Source of the DNA: Bacteroidia bacterium
GTDB lineage: Bacteria; Bacteroidota; Bacteroidia; NS11-12g; UBA955
Reading direction: 5' to 3'
NCBI GenBank assembly: GCA_044373665.1
Contig: JBIPNH010000004.1
Location: 1,196-65,195, forward strand
DNA length: 64,000 bases
Of this stretch, positions 48,870-60,100 are shown in pieces. Below the pieces are notes generated by a model. The model was not told the origin of the DNA and did no database searches. It saw only the letters and a program-made list of their open reading frames with translations. The position numbers and the translations under genes are program-made. Positions within the stretch are counted from its first letter, which is position 1. Every line of letters starts with the position of its first letter.

Positions 48870-48877
48870 TATATTTG
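48870..48877 (+). promoter_or_regulatory. candidate -7 promoter box for the M28 peptidase gene
   Basis: TATATTTG matches TAnnTTTG. It lies inside the track's 48826 ORF start, which argues for a downstream start codon. Confidence 0.35.
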
Positions 48878-48894
48878 CAACTATGTATCAAAAC

Positions 48895-50586
48895 ATGCGT
48901 TATTTAACTTTATTATTAGCAACCTTTGGGTTTACTTCGTTATTTTCTCAGAAGAAAGAAACCGTTGTTGCTCAAATAAAATCAGATATTACCTATTTAG
49001 CTTCAGACCAACTTGAAGGCAGATTGACTGGTTCAAGTGGAGAATTGAAATCCTCTTTATTTATTGCCGACGAATTCAAAAAAAATAAACTTATCCCTAA
49101 AGGTGACTCCGGTTTATTTTTTCAAAATTTTTCTATTATTCAACTGAGATTAAACACCAATACCATCTCAATGACGATTAGAGACCAAAAAGAATTGATA
49201 CTTGGATTACGTCCTCAATCAGGCGATTTCTATCCTTTGTCATACAGTTGTAATGCAGACAGTTTGTTCGACCATCCTGTGGTTCAAGCGGGATATGGGA
49301 TTGTGGCGCCACAGTTAAAACACAACGATTACTTAGACAGCATCAACATGAAAGGTAAAGTCTTTATAATCAAACTGGGTAGTCCTAAATCGGGCCAAGC
49401 TCATTCAGAATACAGCCCTTATGAAAGTTTGTCATACAAAGTAAATACTGCTATTAGATACGGTGCAAGAGCTGTAATATTTGTTCAAGCTGATACACTA
49501 TCTAAAAAACCTACAGGATTATTAGACAGAAATATTAAGCCCGGACCAATTCCTGTAGTATTTGCCAACAAATTCACACATTTGTTTTTAGAGGGTAAAA
49601 CAGTTAGTTTTTATGTTAAAATAACACAACTTAATGCCACTGCGCACAATGTCGTTGGGTTTATGAATAACAAAAAAGCAAAAACCATAGTTATTGGAGC
49701 GCATCAAGACCATTTGGGTTACAATGAATATGGCGGAAGTAGAGACCCTCAAAGCGGGAACATCCACAATGGTGCTGATGACAATGCAAGTGGAGTGGCT
49801 ATGATGTTGCAATTAATGCGCAAAATCAAAAAAACGAAAAAACTCAAAAAATTTAATTACTTATTTATTGCCTTTAGTGGTGAAGAGCAAGGATTATTAG
49901 GTTCGAATCACTTTGTAAATAATCCAACTGTTGCTCTCAAAGACATCCACTGTATGTTGAACTTTGATATGGTTGGAAGATTGGATTCCAACAAAAAAAC
50001 ATTGATGATTTATGGTATTGGAACGGCCCCTGAGTTGAACAACGCTGTAAGCAGTATCAAAACAGACACCACTCAAATAAAAATTAAAACTTCTGAATCG
50101 GGAACAGGCAGTTCCGACCACACTAGTTTTTATTATAAAAACATCCCTGTATTGCATTATTTCACTGGTCAGCATCACGACTATCACAAACCAAGCGATG
50201 ACGAACATTTGATTAATTATGATGGCATGTACTTAGTTTACAATATCACATTAAATACATTGATCAATATCAGAAAACACAAACAACTCAACTTCACGCC
50301 TACGAAAGCAGAAGAGAGCAAACGCATGTCGTTTAAGGTAAAATTAGGCATTATGCCAGATTATGCTTTTGATGGATTAGGCGTAAAAGCAGATGGAGTA
50401 AATATGGGAGGTGTTGCACAAATTGCCGGAATGAAAGCCAATGACATTATTATCAAACTTGGCAATTATGAAATTAATTCAATGGGTGATTATATGAGTG
50501 CATTGGCATCTTTCGACAAGGGAGACAAAGTAGTAGCGATCGTAAAAAGAGGTACTGAAACCCTTCAATTAAATATTCAATTTTAG
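48895..50586 (+). CDS. M28-family peptidase with C-terminal PDZ domain
   Basis: Start moved to MRYLTLLLATFGFTSLFSQ (signal peptide) from the track's 48826. HNGADDNASG and SGEEQGLLGS zinc-ligand motifs; C-terminal GGVAQIAGMKANDIIIKLG PDZ-like segment. Confidence 0.85.
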   Translation: MRYLTLLLATFGFTSLFSQKKETVVAQIKSDITYLASDQLEGRLTGSSGELKSSLFIADEFKKNKLIPKGDSGLFFQNFSIIQLRLNTNTISMTIRDQKELILGLRPQSGDFYPLSYSCNADSLFDHPVVQAGYGIVAPQLKHNDYLDSINMKGKVFIIKLGSPKSGQAHSEYSPYESLSYKVNTAIRYGARAVIFVQADTLSKKPTGLLDRNIKPGPIPVVFANKFTHLFLEGKTVSFYVKITQLNATAHNVVGFMNNKKAKTIVIGAHQDHLGYNEYGGSRDPQSGNIHNGADDNASGVAMMLQLMRKIKKTKKLKKFNYLFIAFSGEEQGLLGSNHFVNNPTVALKDIHCMLNFDMVGRLDSNKKTLMIYGIGTAPELNNAVSSIKTDTTQIKIKTSESGTGSSDHTSFYYKNIPVLHYFTGQHHDYHKPSDDEHLINYDGMYLVYNITLNTLINIRKHKQLNFTPTKAEESKRMSFKVKLGIMPDYAFDGLGVKADGVNMGGVAQIAGMKANDIIIKLGNYEINSMGDYMSALASFDKGDKVVAIVKRGTETLQLNIQF

Positions 50587-50587
50587 A

Positions 50588-51541
50588 ATGAAAATTATTG
50601 ACCATATTAAACAGGCGGAAAACACCTTATTTTCGTTTGAAATTCTTCCTCCTTTAAAAGGGGACAGTATAGACAGTATATACAAAGGAATAGATCCATT
50701 AATGGAATTTAAACCCTCCTTTATTGATGTAACCTATCATCGCGAAGATTATGTTGAAAAAAAGAGACCTGATGGTTCATTTACCAAAGTTTCTACCAAA
50801 AAAAGACCGGGAACAGTTGCCATTTGTGCTGCGGTAATGCATAAGTATAAAATAGACACTGTGCCACACATTATTTGTGGTGGTTTTACCAAAGAAGATA
50901 CCGAAAATGCACTGATTGATTTGAACTTTTTGGGAATAGACAATGTATTGGCTTTGAGAGGTGATAATGCCAAAAATGAAAATGTATTCAGTCCAGAAAA
51001 TGCAGGGAATACAAACTCGCTCGACTTGATTCATCAAATCAAAAACATGAATAACGGCATTTATATTGATGAGGAATTAACCAATGCCAATGTCACTAAT
51101 TTTTGTATTGGCGCTGCAGGCTATCCCGAAAAACACCACGATGCACCTAACATGAAAACAGATTTAAAATTTCTGAAAAGAAAAATTGAAACAGGTGCTG
51201 AATTTATTGTTACTCAAATGTTTTTTGACAACCAAAAATACTTTGATTTTGTAAAAAAGTGCAGAGAAAATGACATACATGTCCCTATCATCCCGGGCAT
51301 AAAACCATTAACGACCAAAAACCAATTGCAATTGCTTCCTAAATTGTTCCATATTGATTTGCCTGATGCTTTAACAGACGAGGTAGAACAAGCTAAAAAC
51401 AATGAAGATGTAAAAAAAATTGGTATAGAATGGTGTATACAACAATGTAAAGAATTGATAGATGCCAAAGTTCCGGTATTGCATTTTTACACGATGGGGA
51501 AAAGCGATGCTACGAAACTGATTTGTTCCAAAATATTTTAA
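50588..51541 (+). CDS. metF: methylenetetrahydrofolate reductase
   Basis: 317 aa; FSFEILPP, LALRGD, FIVTQMFFD motifs. Confidence 0.9.
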   Translation: MKIIDHIKQAENTLFSFEILPPLKGDSIDSIYKGIDPLMEFKPSFIDVTYHREDYVEKKRPDGSFTKVSTKKRPGTVAICAAVMHKYKIDTVPHIICGGFTKEDTENALIDLNFLGIDNVLALRGDNAKNENVFSPENAGNTNSLDLIHQIKNMNNGIYIDEELTNANVTNFCIGAAGYPEKHHDAPNMKTDLKFLKRKIETGAEFIVTQMFFDNQKYFDFVKKCRENDIHVPIIPGIKPLTTKNQLQLLPKLFHIDLPDALTDEVEQAKNNEDVKKIGIEWCIQQCKELIDAKVPVLHFYTMGKSDATKLICSKIF

Positions 51542-51548
51542 AATCACT

Positions 51549-52481
51549 TTGAAAGGACTTGTAATCAAATCGACAGGAAGTTGGTATAATCTTAAAACCG
51601 AAGACAACACGTTTTTAAAAGCAAGAATAAAAGGTAAAATAAGATTAAAAGAGTTACAAGTCACTAATCCTGTTGCGGTTGGCGATACCATAGAGTATGA
51701 ATTAGAAAGCAGTGGAGATGAAACTTATGGCGTGATAACAGACGTACACAAGCGCCACAACTACATGATAAGAAAAAGCAATAAACTGAGTAAACAAGGT
51801 CAGATTATTGCCTCAAACATAGACATGGTTTTATTGATAGTTACTATCAGTCAACCTAAAACTTCGCTAGGATTTATTGACCGTTTTTTGGTTATGGCAG
51901 GAGCTTTTCATATTCCTGTTGTGTTGGTTTTTAATAAATATGATTTATATACCGACGAGGAAATAGCCTATTATCACTTTTTAAAAAACCTATATGAAAC
52001 AATAGGATATCAAAGTGTGGCTTGTTCATCGCAGATGGATTCGCTTCATCCAAAGAGTGTATTGCTTGACATTATAAAAGACAAAAGAGTTTTATTGAGC
52101 GGGCACTCAGGTGTTGGCAAATCGACCATATTGAATCAATTAATTCCGGAGGCCTATCAAAAAACGGATATTATCAGTGTGATGCACTCTCGCGGGAAAC
52201 ACACTACCACTTTTGCAGAATTATTTTTTGTAAATGATAATACTGCTATCATCGACACTCCTGGAGTCAGAGACTTTGGGATTATAGACATAGAAAAACC
52301 CGAAATTGGGCATTATTTTCCCGAAATTCGCGAATACATGAAACAATGTAAATTCCATAATTGCATTCATTTAAACGAGCCAGAGTGTGCGGTTATCAAA
52401 GCGGTGGAAGAAAAACATATTTCTGCAAGTAGGTATTACAATTACCTGAGTATATTAGAAAATAATGATGTTTTTAATTGA
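51549..52481 (+). CDS. rsgA: ribosome small-subunit-dependent GTPase A
   Basis: 310 aa (TTG start); OB-fold N-terminus, VFNKYDL, GHSGVGKST, zinc knuckle CKFHNCIHLNEPEC. Confidence 0.9.
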   Translation: MKGLVIKSTGSWYNLKTEDNTFLKARIKGKIRLKELQVTNPVAVGDTIEYELESSGDETYGVITDVHKRHNYMIRKSNKLSKQGQIIASNIDMVLLIVTISQPKTSLGFIDRFLVMAGAFHIPVVLVFNKYDLYTDEEIAYYHFLKNLYETIGYQSVACSSQMDSLHPKSVLLDIIKDKRVLLSGHSGVGKSTILNQLIPEAYQKTDIISVMHSRGKHTTTFAELFFVNDNTAIIDTPGVRDFGIIDIEKPEIGHYFPEIREYMKQCKFHNCIHLNEPECAVIKAVEEKHISASRYYNYLSILENNDVFN

Positions 52482-52502
52482 AGCTATTTAAGTCAGCTTA
52501 TT

Positions 52503-52634
52503 CTAAAAACCGCAGTTGCAGTTCTTCTTTTGCTTACCACTACCCATTCCTTTACTTCCTCCACAGGACTGCATTCCTATAATAATAACAAATGCTAGAA
52601 GTAATAATCCGATAGTCTTTTGATGATTTCGCAT
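52503..52634 (-). CDS. putative 43-aa mini-lipoprotein
   Basis: Not in ORF track. Own translation: MRNHQKTIGLLLLAFVIIIGMQSCGGSKGMGSGKQKKNCNCGF. It has a positively charged n-region, a hydrophobic core, a lipobox-like MQSC, and a Gly/Lys-rich tail with NCNC. Confidence 0.35.
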   Translation of the reverse strand: MRNHQKTIGLLLLAFVIIIGMQSCGGSKGMGSGKQKKNCNCGF

Positions 52635-52686
52635 AATTAGTCAACGAAAATAAGTATAATTTGTTATACTTCATTACTTTTGCGCC

Positions 52687-53361
52687 ATGGAATTAATTAA
52701 AAGTGGTTTGGATATTTTGTTACACCTCAATCAATATTTATCATTGTGGGTTTCGGAATATGGCATCTGGATTTATGGTATTTTGTTTTTAATCATCTTT
52801 GTTGAAACAGGCTTGGTTATTATGCCACTTTTGCCAGGCGATTCTTTACTTTTTGCGGCAGGGGCTCTTGCTGCTTCTCAAGGAGGTATCAATATTGCTA
52901 TCCTTATTCCACTTCTGATTGTGGCGGCTTTACTAGGCGATAACACCAATTATTTTGTTGGAAAATACTTCGGCAACTTAATTAAAAGCAAAGAAAAAAT
53001 ACTCTTTCTCAAACGTTCACACATTGAAAATACAGAAGCTTATTATGCTAAGTATGGTGGCAAAACTGTTATAATTGCCCGTTTTGTACCTATTGTTAGA
53101 ACTGTTGCCCCTTTTGTGGCTGGTGCAGGATCCATGACTTACAAAAAATACATCGTTAATTGCATTTTAGGCGCTATACTTTGGGTAGGTGGTGTTACAA
53201 TATTGGGTTATTTAGCAGGAAATATCCCATTTGTTAAAACCAATTTTGAAATTGTTATTTTTGGAATAATAGGTATTTCAGTATTACCAATTATCATTGA
53301 GGTAATTAGAGCTAAAATGAAGCATAAAAACAAAAATTCAGAAATTATAGATTCTAAATAA
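52687..53361 (+). CDS. DedA/VTT-family membrane protein
   Basis: 224 aa; FVETGLVIMPLLPGDSLLF and RFVPIVRTVAPFVAG motifs. Confidence 0.85.
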   Translation: MELIKSGLDILLHLNQYLSLWVSEYGIWIYGILFLIIFVETGLVIMPLLPGDSLLFAAGALAASQGGINIAILIPLLIVAALLGDNTNYFVGKYFGNLIKSKEKILFLKRSHIENTEAYYAKYGGKTVIIARFVPIVRTVAPFVAGAGSMTYKKYIVNCILGAILWVGGVTILGYLAGNIPFVKTNFEIVIFGIIGISVLPIIIEVIRAKMKHKNKNSEIIDSK

Positions 53362-54101
53362 TGCCTAGTATTGGACTTATCGGCTATCCTTTAGAGCATT
53401 CTTTTTCACCGCAATATTTTGCACAAAAATTTGAATCTCTTCAGCTTAACGATTGGCAATACCATTTGTTTCCTATTGCTTCTATACATTCACTGTATGA
53501 TATTATTAAAGGAAATTCCGATTTAATAGGTCTGAATGTAACCATTCCTCACAAGCAATCAGTTATTCAATACTGTCAACATATTGATGAAGATGCGTTC
53601 CAAATAGGTGCTGTAAATGGCTTAATCATCCAAAGAGACAACAAAGATACTTTCCTTCTTAAAGGCATTAATACAGATTGGATGGGGTTTTACTTAAGTT
53701 TAAAAAATGCACTTCCCTTCTCTCCACAAAGAGCCTTGATTTGTGGCAATGGCGGTGCTTCTTTGGCAGTTCAATATGCCTTAAACAAACTTAATATCCC
53801 TTTTCAAATTGTTAGTAGAACCGGGGCATTTACCTATCAAGACCTCAATGAAGAACTGTTTCAATCTTTCCAACTTATTATCAATACAACACCTGTAGGC
53901 ACTCTTAATAACAGTGAAAGGATACTTCCTTTACCTTACCAAGTTATCAATGCAGATATGTTTTTTTATGACCTTGTTTACAATCCAGAAGTAACACCAA
54001 CTATGGAACTATTTATGAAACATGGGGCACAGGCAAAAAATGGATTAGAAATGTTGCATCTACAAGCTGATTTATTTTGGCAATCGCTCAACTCAAAATA
54101 A
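53361..54101 (+). CDS. aroE: shikimate dehydrogenase
   Basis: 246 aa; GYPLEHSFSP, GLNVTIPHK, NTD motifs and GNGGAS Rossmann loop. Confidence 0.88.
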   Translation: MPSIGLIGYPLEHSFSPQYFAQKFESLQLNDWQYHLFPIASIHSLYDIIKGNSDLIGLNVTIPHKQSVIQYCQHIDEDAFQIGAVNGLIIQRDNKDTFLLKGINTDWMGFYLSLKNALPFSPQRALICGNGGASLAVQYALNKLNIPFQIVSRTGAFTYQDLNEELFQSFQLIINTTPVGTLNNSERILPLPYQVINADMFFYDLVYNPEVTPTMELFMKHGAQAKNGLEMLHLQADLFWQSLNSK

Positions 54102-54102
54102 C

Positions 54103-57100
54103 TTACCTCAACAATATAAAACTTGATTTTAAATAGTGGGATATTCCTCTAAAATCCTTGACTTTGAATACCGCTAAGTAATAACCATCTTGGACAAAAT
54201 CTCCTTGAAATTTACCATCCCACCCTTTTCCTTCAGTGGTTTTATAGATAAGCTGCCCCCATCGGTTAAAAATACTCATTTCATAATTTTTAATCCCCAT
54301 ACCGATTGGCTCATAAACTTCATTGATGGCATCATCATTTGGAGAGAATGCTGTTGGTGCATTAAACACAAACAGGTATTTAATTCTTAATTTTTGAACA
54401 AATGAATCGTTACAATTGAATTGCGTTCTAACATATTGTTTAATGTAATAAAGACCGCTGTCAGGATACAAGTGCATTAAGTTTCTTAAACTTGAATGAG
54501 TGCCATCTCCTAAATCGTACCATAAAGTATCGGCACCACTGCTTAAGTCAGTAATCGTAACTTCAGGATCTAGTATCGTACCAACACCTTTATCTAGTGA
54601 AAATAAAGCACTTGGCTTAGGATATACTTCGACTTGCTTAGTCGTATCATACAAACAATTGTAATCTGTTTTTATTTGATAATTAACATTGTACTTTCCT
54701 GCTGAATTATACAAGTGGATAGGCTGTTTACTTGTATACTCCGAACCGTCATCCATTTGCCACTTGTGTTCTATTATTTTGGCGTATGGCGTTAAACTAC
54801 TGTCTTTAAATTGAATAGGATTTTCAATACATACATTTTGAGATTCGAAATTCACCACAACAGGCGGATAACTGGTGATAGTTTTGATTACAGAATCGAT
54901 GCAATTTTGATTACTAATTGCGGCTAATTTAACTATAAAATTACCTGCTGCCGGAAAACGGTGGTAAGGACTTGTGGTGGTATCTATCAAATAATTTCCA
55001 AAACGCCAAGTGTAACCGGTTATATTTCCCCAATCTATTGTAGTTCGATTAGTAAAATTAAATTGATTGTCTACGCAGCGATTGGTATCCGAAAAATCAA
55101 CTTGTGGTAACGGATAAACATTGACATTTTTTTGGATTTGATACGAGCAGTTCTCCGTACTTGTAACCTTTAATTTAACAGGTGTGTTAAGTATCCATTG
55201 CTTGTATTGGTATCTTGGATTTTGTACTTGTGCTGAATCACCACCAAAATGCCATTTCCATTTCGCAATATTGGTATTAACATAAGTGCTATTGTCTTGA
55301 ATTCGCAAAGAGTCGAGGTAACAATGGTCGAGCAATGTGAAGTTGGGTACTATTTTAGGATAAACAATATGTGGTTTAATAATTGTATCCTTACAACCTC
55401 TCACTGAATTGACTATCAATTGAATATCAAAAGTATCGCCTACACTGAAAAGGTGCGTAAAGTTGCGGGTTGTATAATTACTAGCATCTGGCAATAAATA
55501 ACGGTATGTTAGAATAGAATCTTTAGTAATCTTAGACAGGTTTACTATTTTAGAATTCGTAAGTTCACAAACAGGATCAGCCTTAAAATCAGCAACAGGA
55601 AGAGGATAAACCCATGACGTTTTTTGGATAGAATCCATACAATTTTGGGTACTTTTCACCACCAATTTCACTTTAAATTGGGTATCTTTCGGGAACAAAT
55701 ACTTTAATTCTGTGGTTTGAATCCACTCATTATTAATATTCCATCGGTATGAAACAATACTGTCATCATTTATTTGAGATAATTGTTGTAATTGGGTGCT
55801 GTCACCAATACACACATTATTAATTGAAAAATCAGCAGTTGGTCGAGGATGGACTATCACATTTCTGTAACTGGTATCTTTACAATTGAAATTACTATTA
55901 ACGGCTAATCCAATTACAAAAGTATCCGCAGTATTGTAATAATAGCGGTAAGAAGGTTTATTAACTAAATTACCATCGCCTGTTATCCATTGAATAGTAT
56001 TGATAGTGCCTGATGCAATTTGACTTAAATTATTTGCAGAAACTGAATCAGTAAAACAGACATTGGCAAGCGAAAAACGACTCACTGGCTTAGGGTAAGC
56101 GTTTACAGTTTTGACAACAGTATCTTTACATCCAAATGGAGATGAAACCACTAATCTGACCGAGGCACTCGTTTGATTATTCAAATCGAGCAACCATTGA
56201 GCTGCATTAATGGTATCTGATGGTGCAGAAGTCCATCTGTTATAATTGATTACATCGTTTGGAATAGTTGAAGAATCTTTTAAAAGGGTTGGTTCGCCTT
56301 GACATTTTTGAACGTATGTAAATGCTGCTACAGGCAAAGATTTAACAGTCATTCTTACCGTATCAGACACTTTACATGATTTATTATCAGTAACTGTAAT
56401 TCTGTAAGTTCTGCTTGTGTCGTTGAATGCAATAGCTTGATTATTGGTATAGTTATTTAGTCCAGCATTTGGTGTCCATAACAACGATAAGTTGCCATTT
56501 CCTTGAAATGCTTTAGCGCTTAATCTTACTTTATTATATTGGCAAATTGTGGTATCTCTTTGCACCATTGTTACCTTAGGCAATGAATACACTACAGCAA
56601 CCATGGTATCTCTTGAACTACAAGTACCTCTGTTAGTCGTTAGCACATAAGAAATTTTCAATGAACCTGTGTCTTCATTCAGCGCATTGAATTGGGTTTT
56701 TGATTTGGTTTCATTGCTGAGGTACAAGTTAGGCGTCCAAAAATATTTGAACCCTTTGGTAGAATCAATTCCTATAGTCGTATTCAATTTACTACACAAC
56801 TGAATATCGGGACCGGCATTTCTTAAAATAGGAACTGGGAATTTAGCAAATGTAAAATTACAAGAACAAGAAGAGGAGTCGATAACCACAAATAAATTAC
56901 AAGATTGACCTGCTGCCACCCTTACAGATTTATTCACAAAAGCAGATTGATTTCTATTTAGAGATGACTTTAGGGTATCTGTATAAACAACAAAATCGAA
57001 AGGATCAACGGTTCCTGAATTATTTTGATCATATATATACTTAAATACAACAGAATTGGCATTTGAAATCGCATTACCTACATTTCTGATGTTGAACTGA

Positions 57101-60100
57101 AGATTTAAAAATTCAGAATCACTGTTTACCGATTGAATATTAGACTTTAATGATTGAAGCAACAAAGACCCTTTGTAAACATTGGGTTTATTTAAATTAT
57201 TGCCTGTAATTACATTGATATTACAAAGTGTATTATCTGCCACACATTTTACCTCTTGTTTTACGGCAGCTTGACTGTATAAGTCTTGCAATCCACAACT
57301 CAAATCCTCACTATTGGACATAAATCCGAAATTAAACTCCATACTATCGCCGGGTACAATTCCCGACTTTAAGCTCATTTCAACTTCGGTTGCACCATTG
57401 ATATTTCTGAATTTTGTGAGCGATGGATTGGGGGCATTATAGATGGATTGATAAAGAGTAGAGTCATACACCATTCCTTTTATCAATATCGCTTGGTATT
57501 TGTCTTCAATGCCAGTTTTATCTGGTCCTAAATTGATGATTCTTACTCTAACTTTTGTACTTTTTTGACAAGGTAAAATTGAATCTGTAAGCACTTTGAC
57601 CAAAGTAAAGTATGGTCGAGTAACCCCTTTAATATTCAATGAATTACTAATACCAGGATAGGTAATTATTGATTCTCCGCATTTAATATTTCCTTTGGCG
57701 CTTGCCCTAATGTAATTACCCGAAGAGTAGTCGCAATCAGTTTGAACTTTAAAGTAGATAATTATTTTATTGCGATTAGTATCCGACACCCCTTTAAAAC
57801 CTTGACTCAATAAATTATTAATAGAGCTTAGTGGCCATTCGTAAGTGGTTCCATTCACCAAAGTAGGATTTGAAATAGCTTGTTTAAAAGATTTATGAGG
57901 ATATTTTATATAACATGAACCGCTAACAATTTTCATTCCTATAGGTAGAGTTACGATTGCTTTGGTATTATAGGCAGTTGTAGAACCAATATTTTCGAGT
58001 GTATATTGATAGGGGGTTTGACCGCACAAATCGGCAGTGGTAATAGAATCGGTGATACCCACTTGAAACTGGGTATTTTGAGGTTCAATATAGAGCGTTA
58101 TTCGGTCTTTTTGGCAATTAAAATTGGCGATATCAGTGGGGTAACCTCCACAATTCCATCCAGAGTACAAGATAACGCTGTCTTTGTTACAAGTATTATA
58201 AGTGGCTCTAATTTTAAATCTACGGGTGTTATTAAACCCAATAGTCCCCAAACGGAACACACCGTTTTTAACAGGCATTAAAGTATCCCTTACTGCATCT
58301 TTTATTTGTACAATTTTTACAGGACCTGAATTATCAGGAGCAAACCAAGTATTTAAATTACTAAAGGAGGTTGACAGATTGGTATAGTTCACCTCCCACT
58401 CTGCGGTATCTTGTGCGGCATAAATGGTAGGCGAAAGTGGCTTAATAGAAACTACAGGACGGTTGTATTGAATATAATCATCTTGAGTGGCACTTTTGAT
58501 AGTATCAAATCCAACCCCAAAGGAATTTAATTTTTCGAAGATAAAGTCGTATTTAATGACCTGCGGTGCAGTCGATGGAATTTCGCAAGTGGGTTCAAGG
58601 TAAGCTGCATAAACGCCATGAAAAGCATCGTCGCTGTAGTTGAACACCCCACCTGAATCTTTAAAATGCTTAGTAACATCGAACACCAAGGGATAACTTT
58701 GGGCATTAACAGGTCTAATAGTGTCTTTCACTTCAACAGCTGTTTTATTAGAACCGGCAGTTCTGTATTGATTCAAATAAGAACTTCGGTATTTGTAGCC
58801 TTGCGGCGTATAAAAACGAATAGCTTTTAGTCTCGAAAAACTTCTGTATTCGTAAGGGAAATAATTATTACCTCCATAATTAGAACAACAAGGACCGATT
58901 CCAATGTAGTAATTATTAGAAACCCCAATTACATTACAGTTATTGACATTAATATTATCTCTACCATAATTTGTGTAATAGTATCCCGTTAATATTGTTT
59001 TACCAGAGAAAGTATCACATTGAAATCTATTAGTATTACTGGTTGGGTTGGCAACATTACTGAGGTAGAATAAGTTACTAAAATTCTGAATAATGGCGCT
59101 ACCGCCTAAATTTTCTGTGACTTTGAATTTTAATTTAACAACTATACTGTCGTTGTTAACGTATCGGAAATTCTGAGGCAAACAAGAACCTAGGGAATCC
59201 AAACTTAAATCAACTTTAAATGAGGCATTGACTCCTGAAATTGCTTTGACACTTGTATTACGAAAACAATTCATGCGACTATTACCACCTCGGTAAACTG
59301 TAATTTCCGCATTTAAAAAAGTTAAAAAACGTCCATATCCTATGTTAGATTCTGCAAATAGGTGTCGCCAAGTGGCAATTGAAGATGTCCTTTTAACAAT
59401 TCCTGTATAAGTGGCCATTACAGTATCTCCAAAAAGGGTTCTTTCCTCCCTAATTCTTAAGGTATCCAAATTCCCTGAATTATCTGGCAAGCCGTCGTTG
59501 TTGTTGTCTGGTTTACCAAAATTGATTCTTTGCACCGAAAAATTCTTAAACATCATTCCGCCATTACAATTGGAATAGCAGTGGAGTTTGAGTTGAGTTG
59601 ACTGACAAAATAGATAAAACCATTCCCTTTTACTACACGATTTATTAGGGCTGTACTTCATTTGTAGTTGTATGGTTTTATTGCCATTTGCTCCAGTTTG
59701 AGAACAATCAGCTTTGAGGTAATAAACTAATTCAGCATTAACCAAACTGATAGGAATATTGTTAGGAAAGTAGGAACGTATTGTATCTCCAATTTTAACG
59801 ATACTATCCGGATTCCATTGGGCTGTTAAGTCAGCATTAATAAAATATAAATCCTTTTTAAGTCTTGAATGAGAAAGTCCTGATGGTAAAATGAGGTCTA
59901 CTATAAAAACCGCAGAGGAGGTTCTTCCTAGAATACTTGCAGAGGATATTAAAGTCCTGAACTCTCCAACTTGATTGTTGATTAAATCGGATGGGGCAAA
60001 GGTAGAAGATGCAAAATAATGTTGGTCATACCATCGACCCCATGCGGCTGCTAATTGTAAGTTATTTTTACATTGGTCTTGGTAAGTCGCAGAGTAAAGC

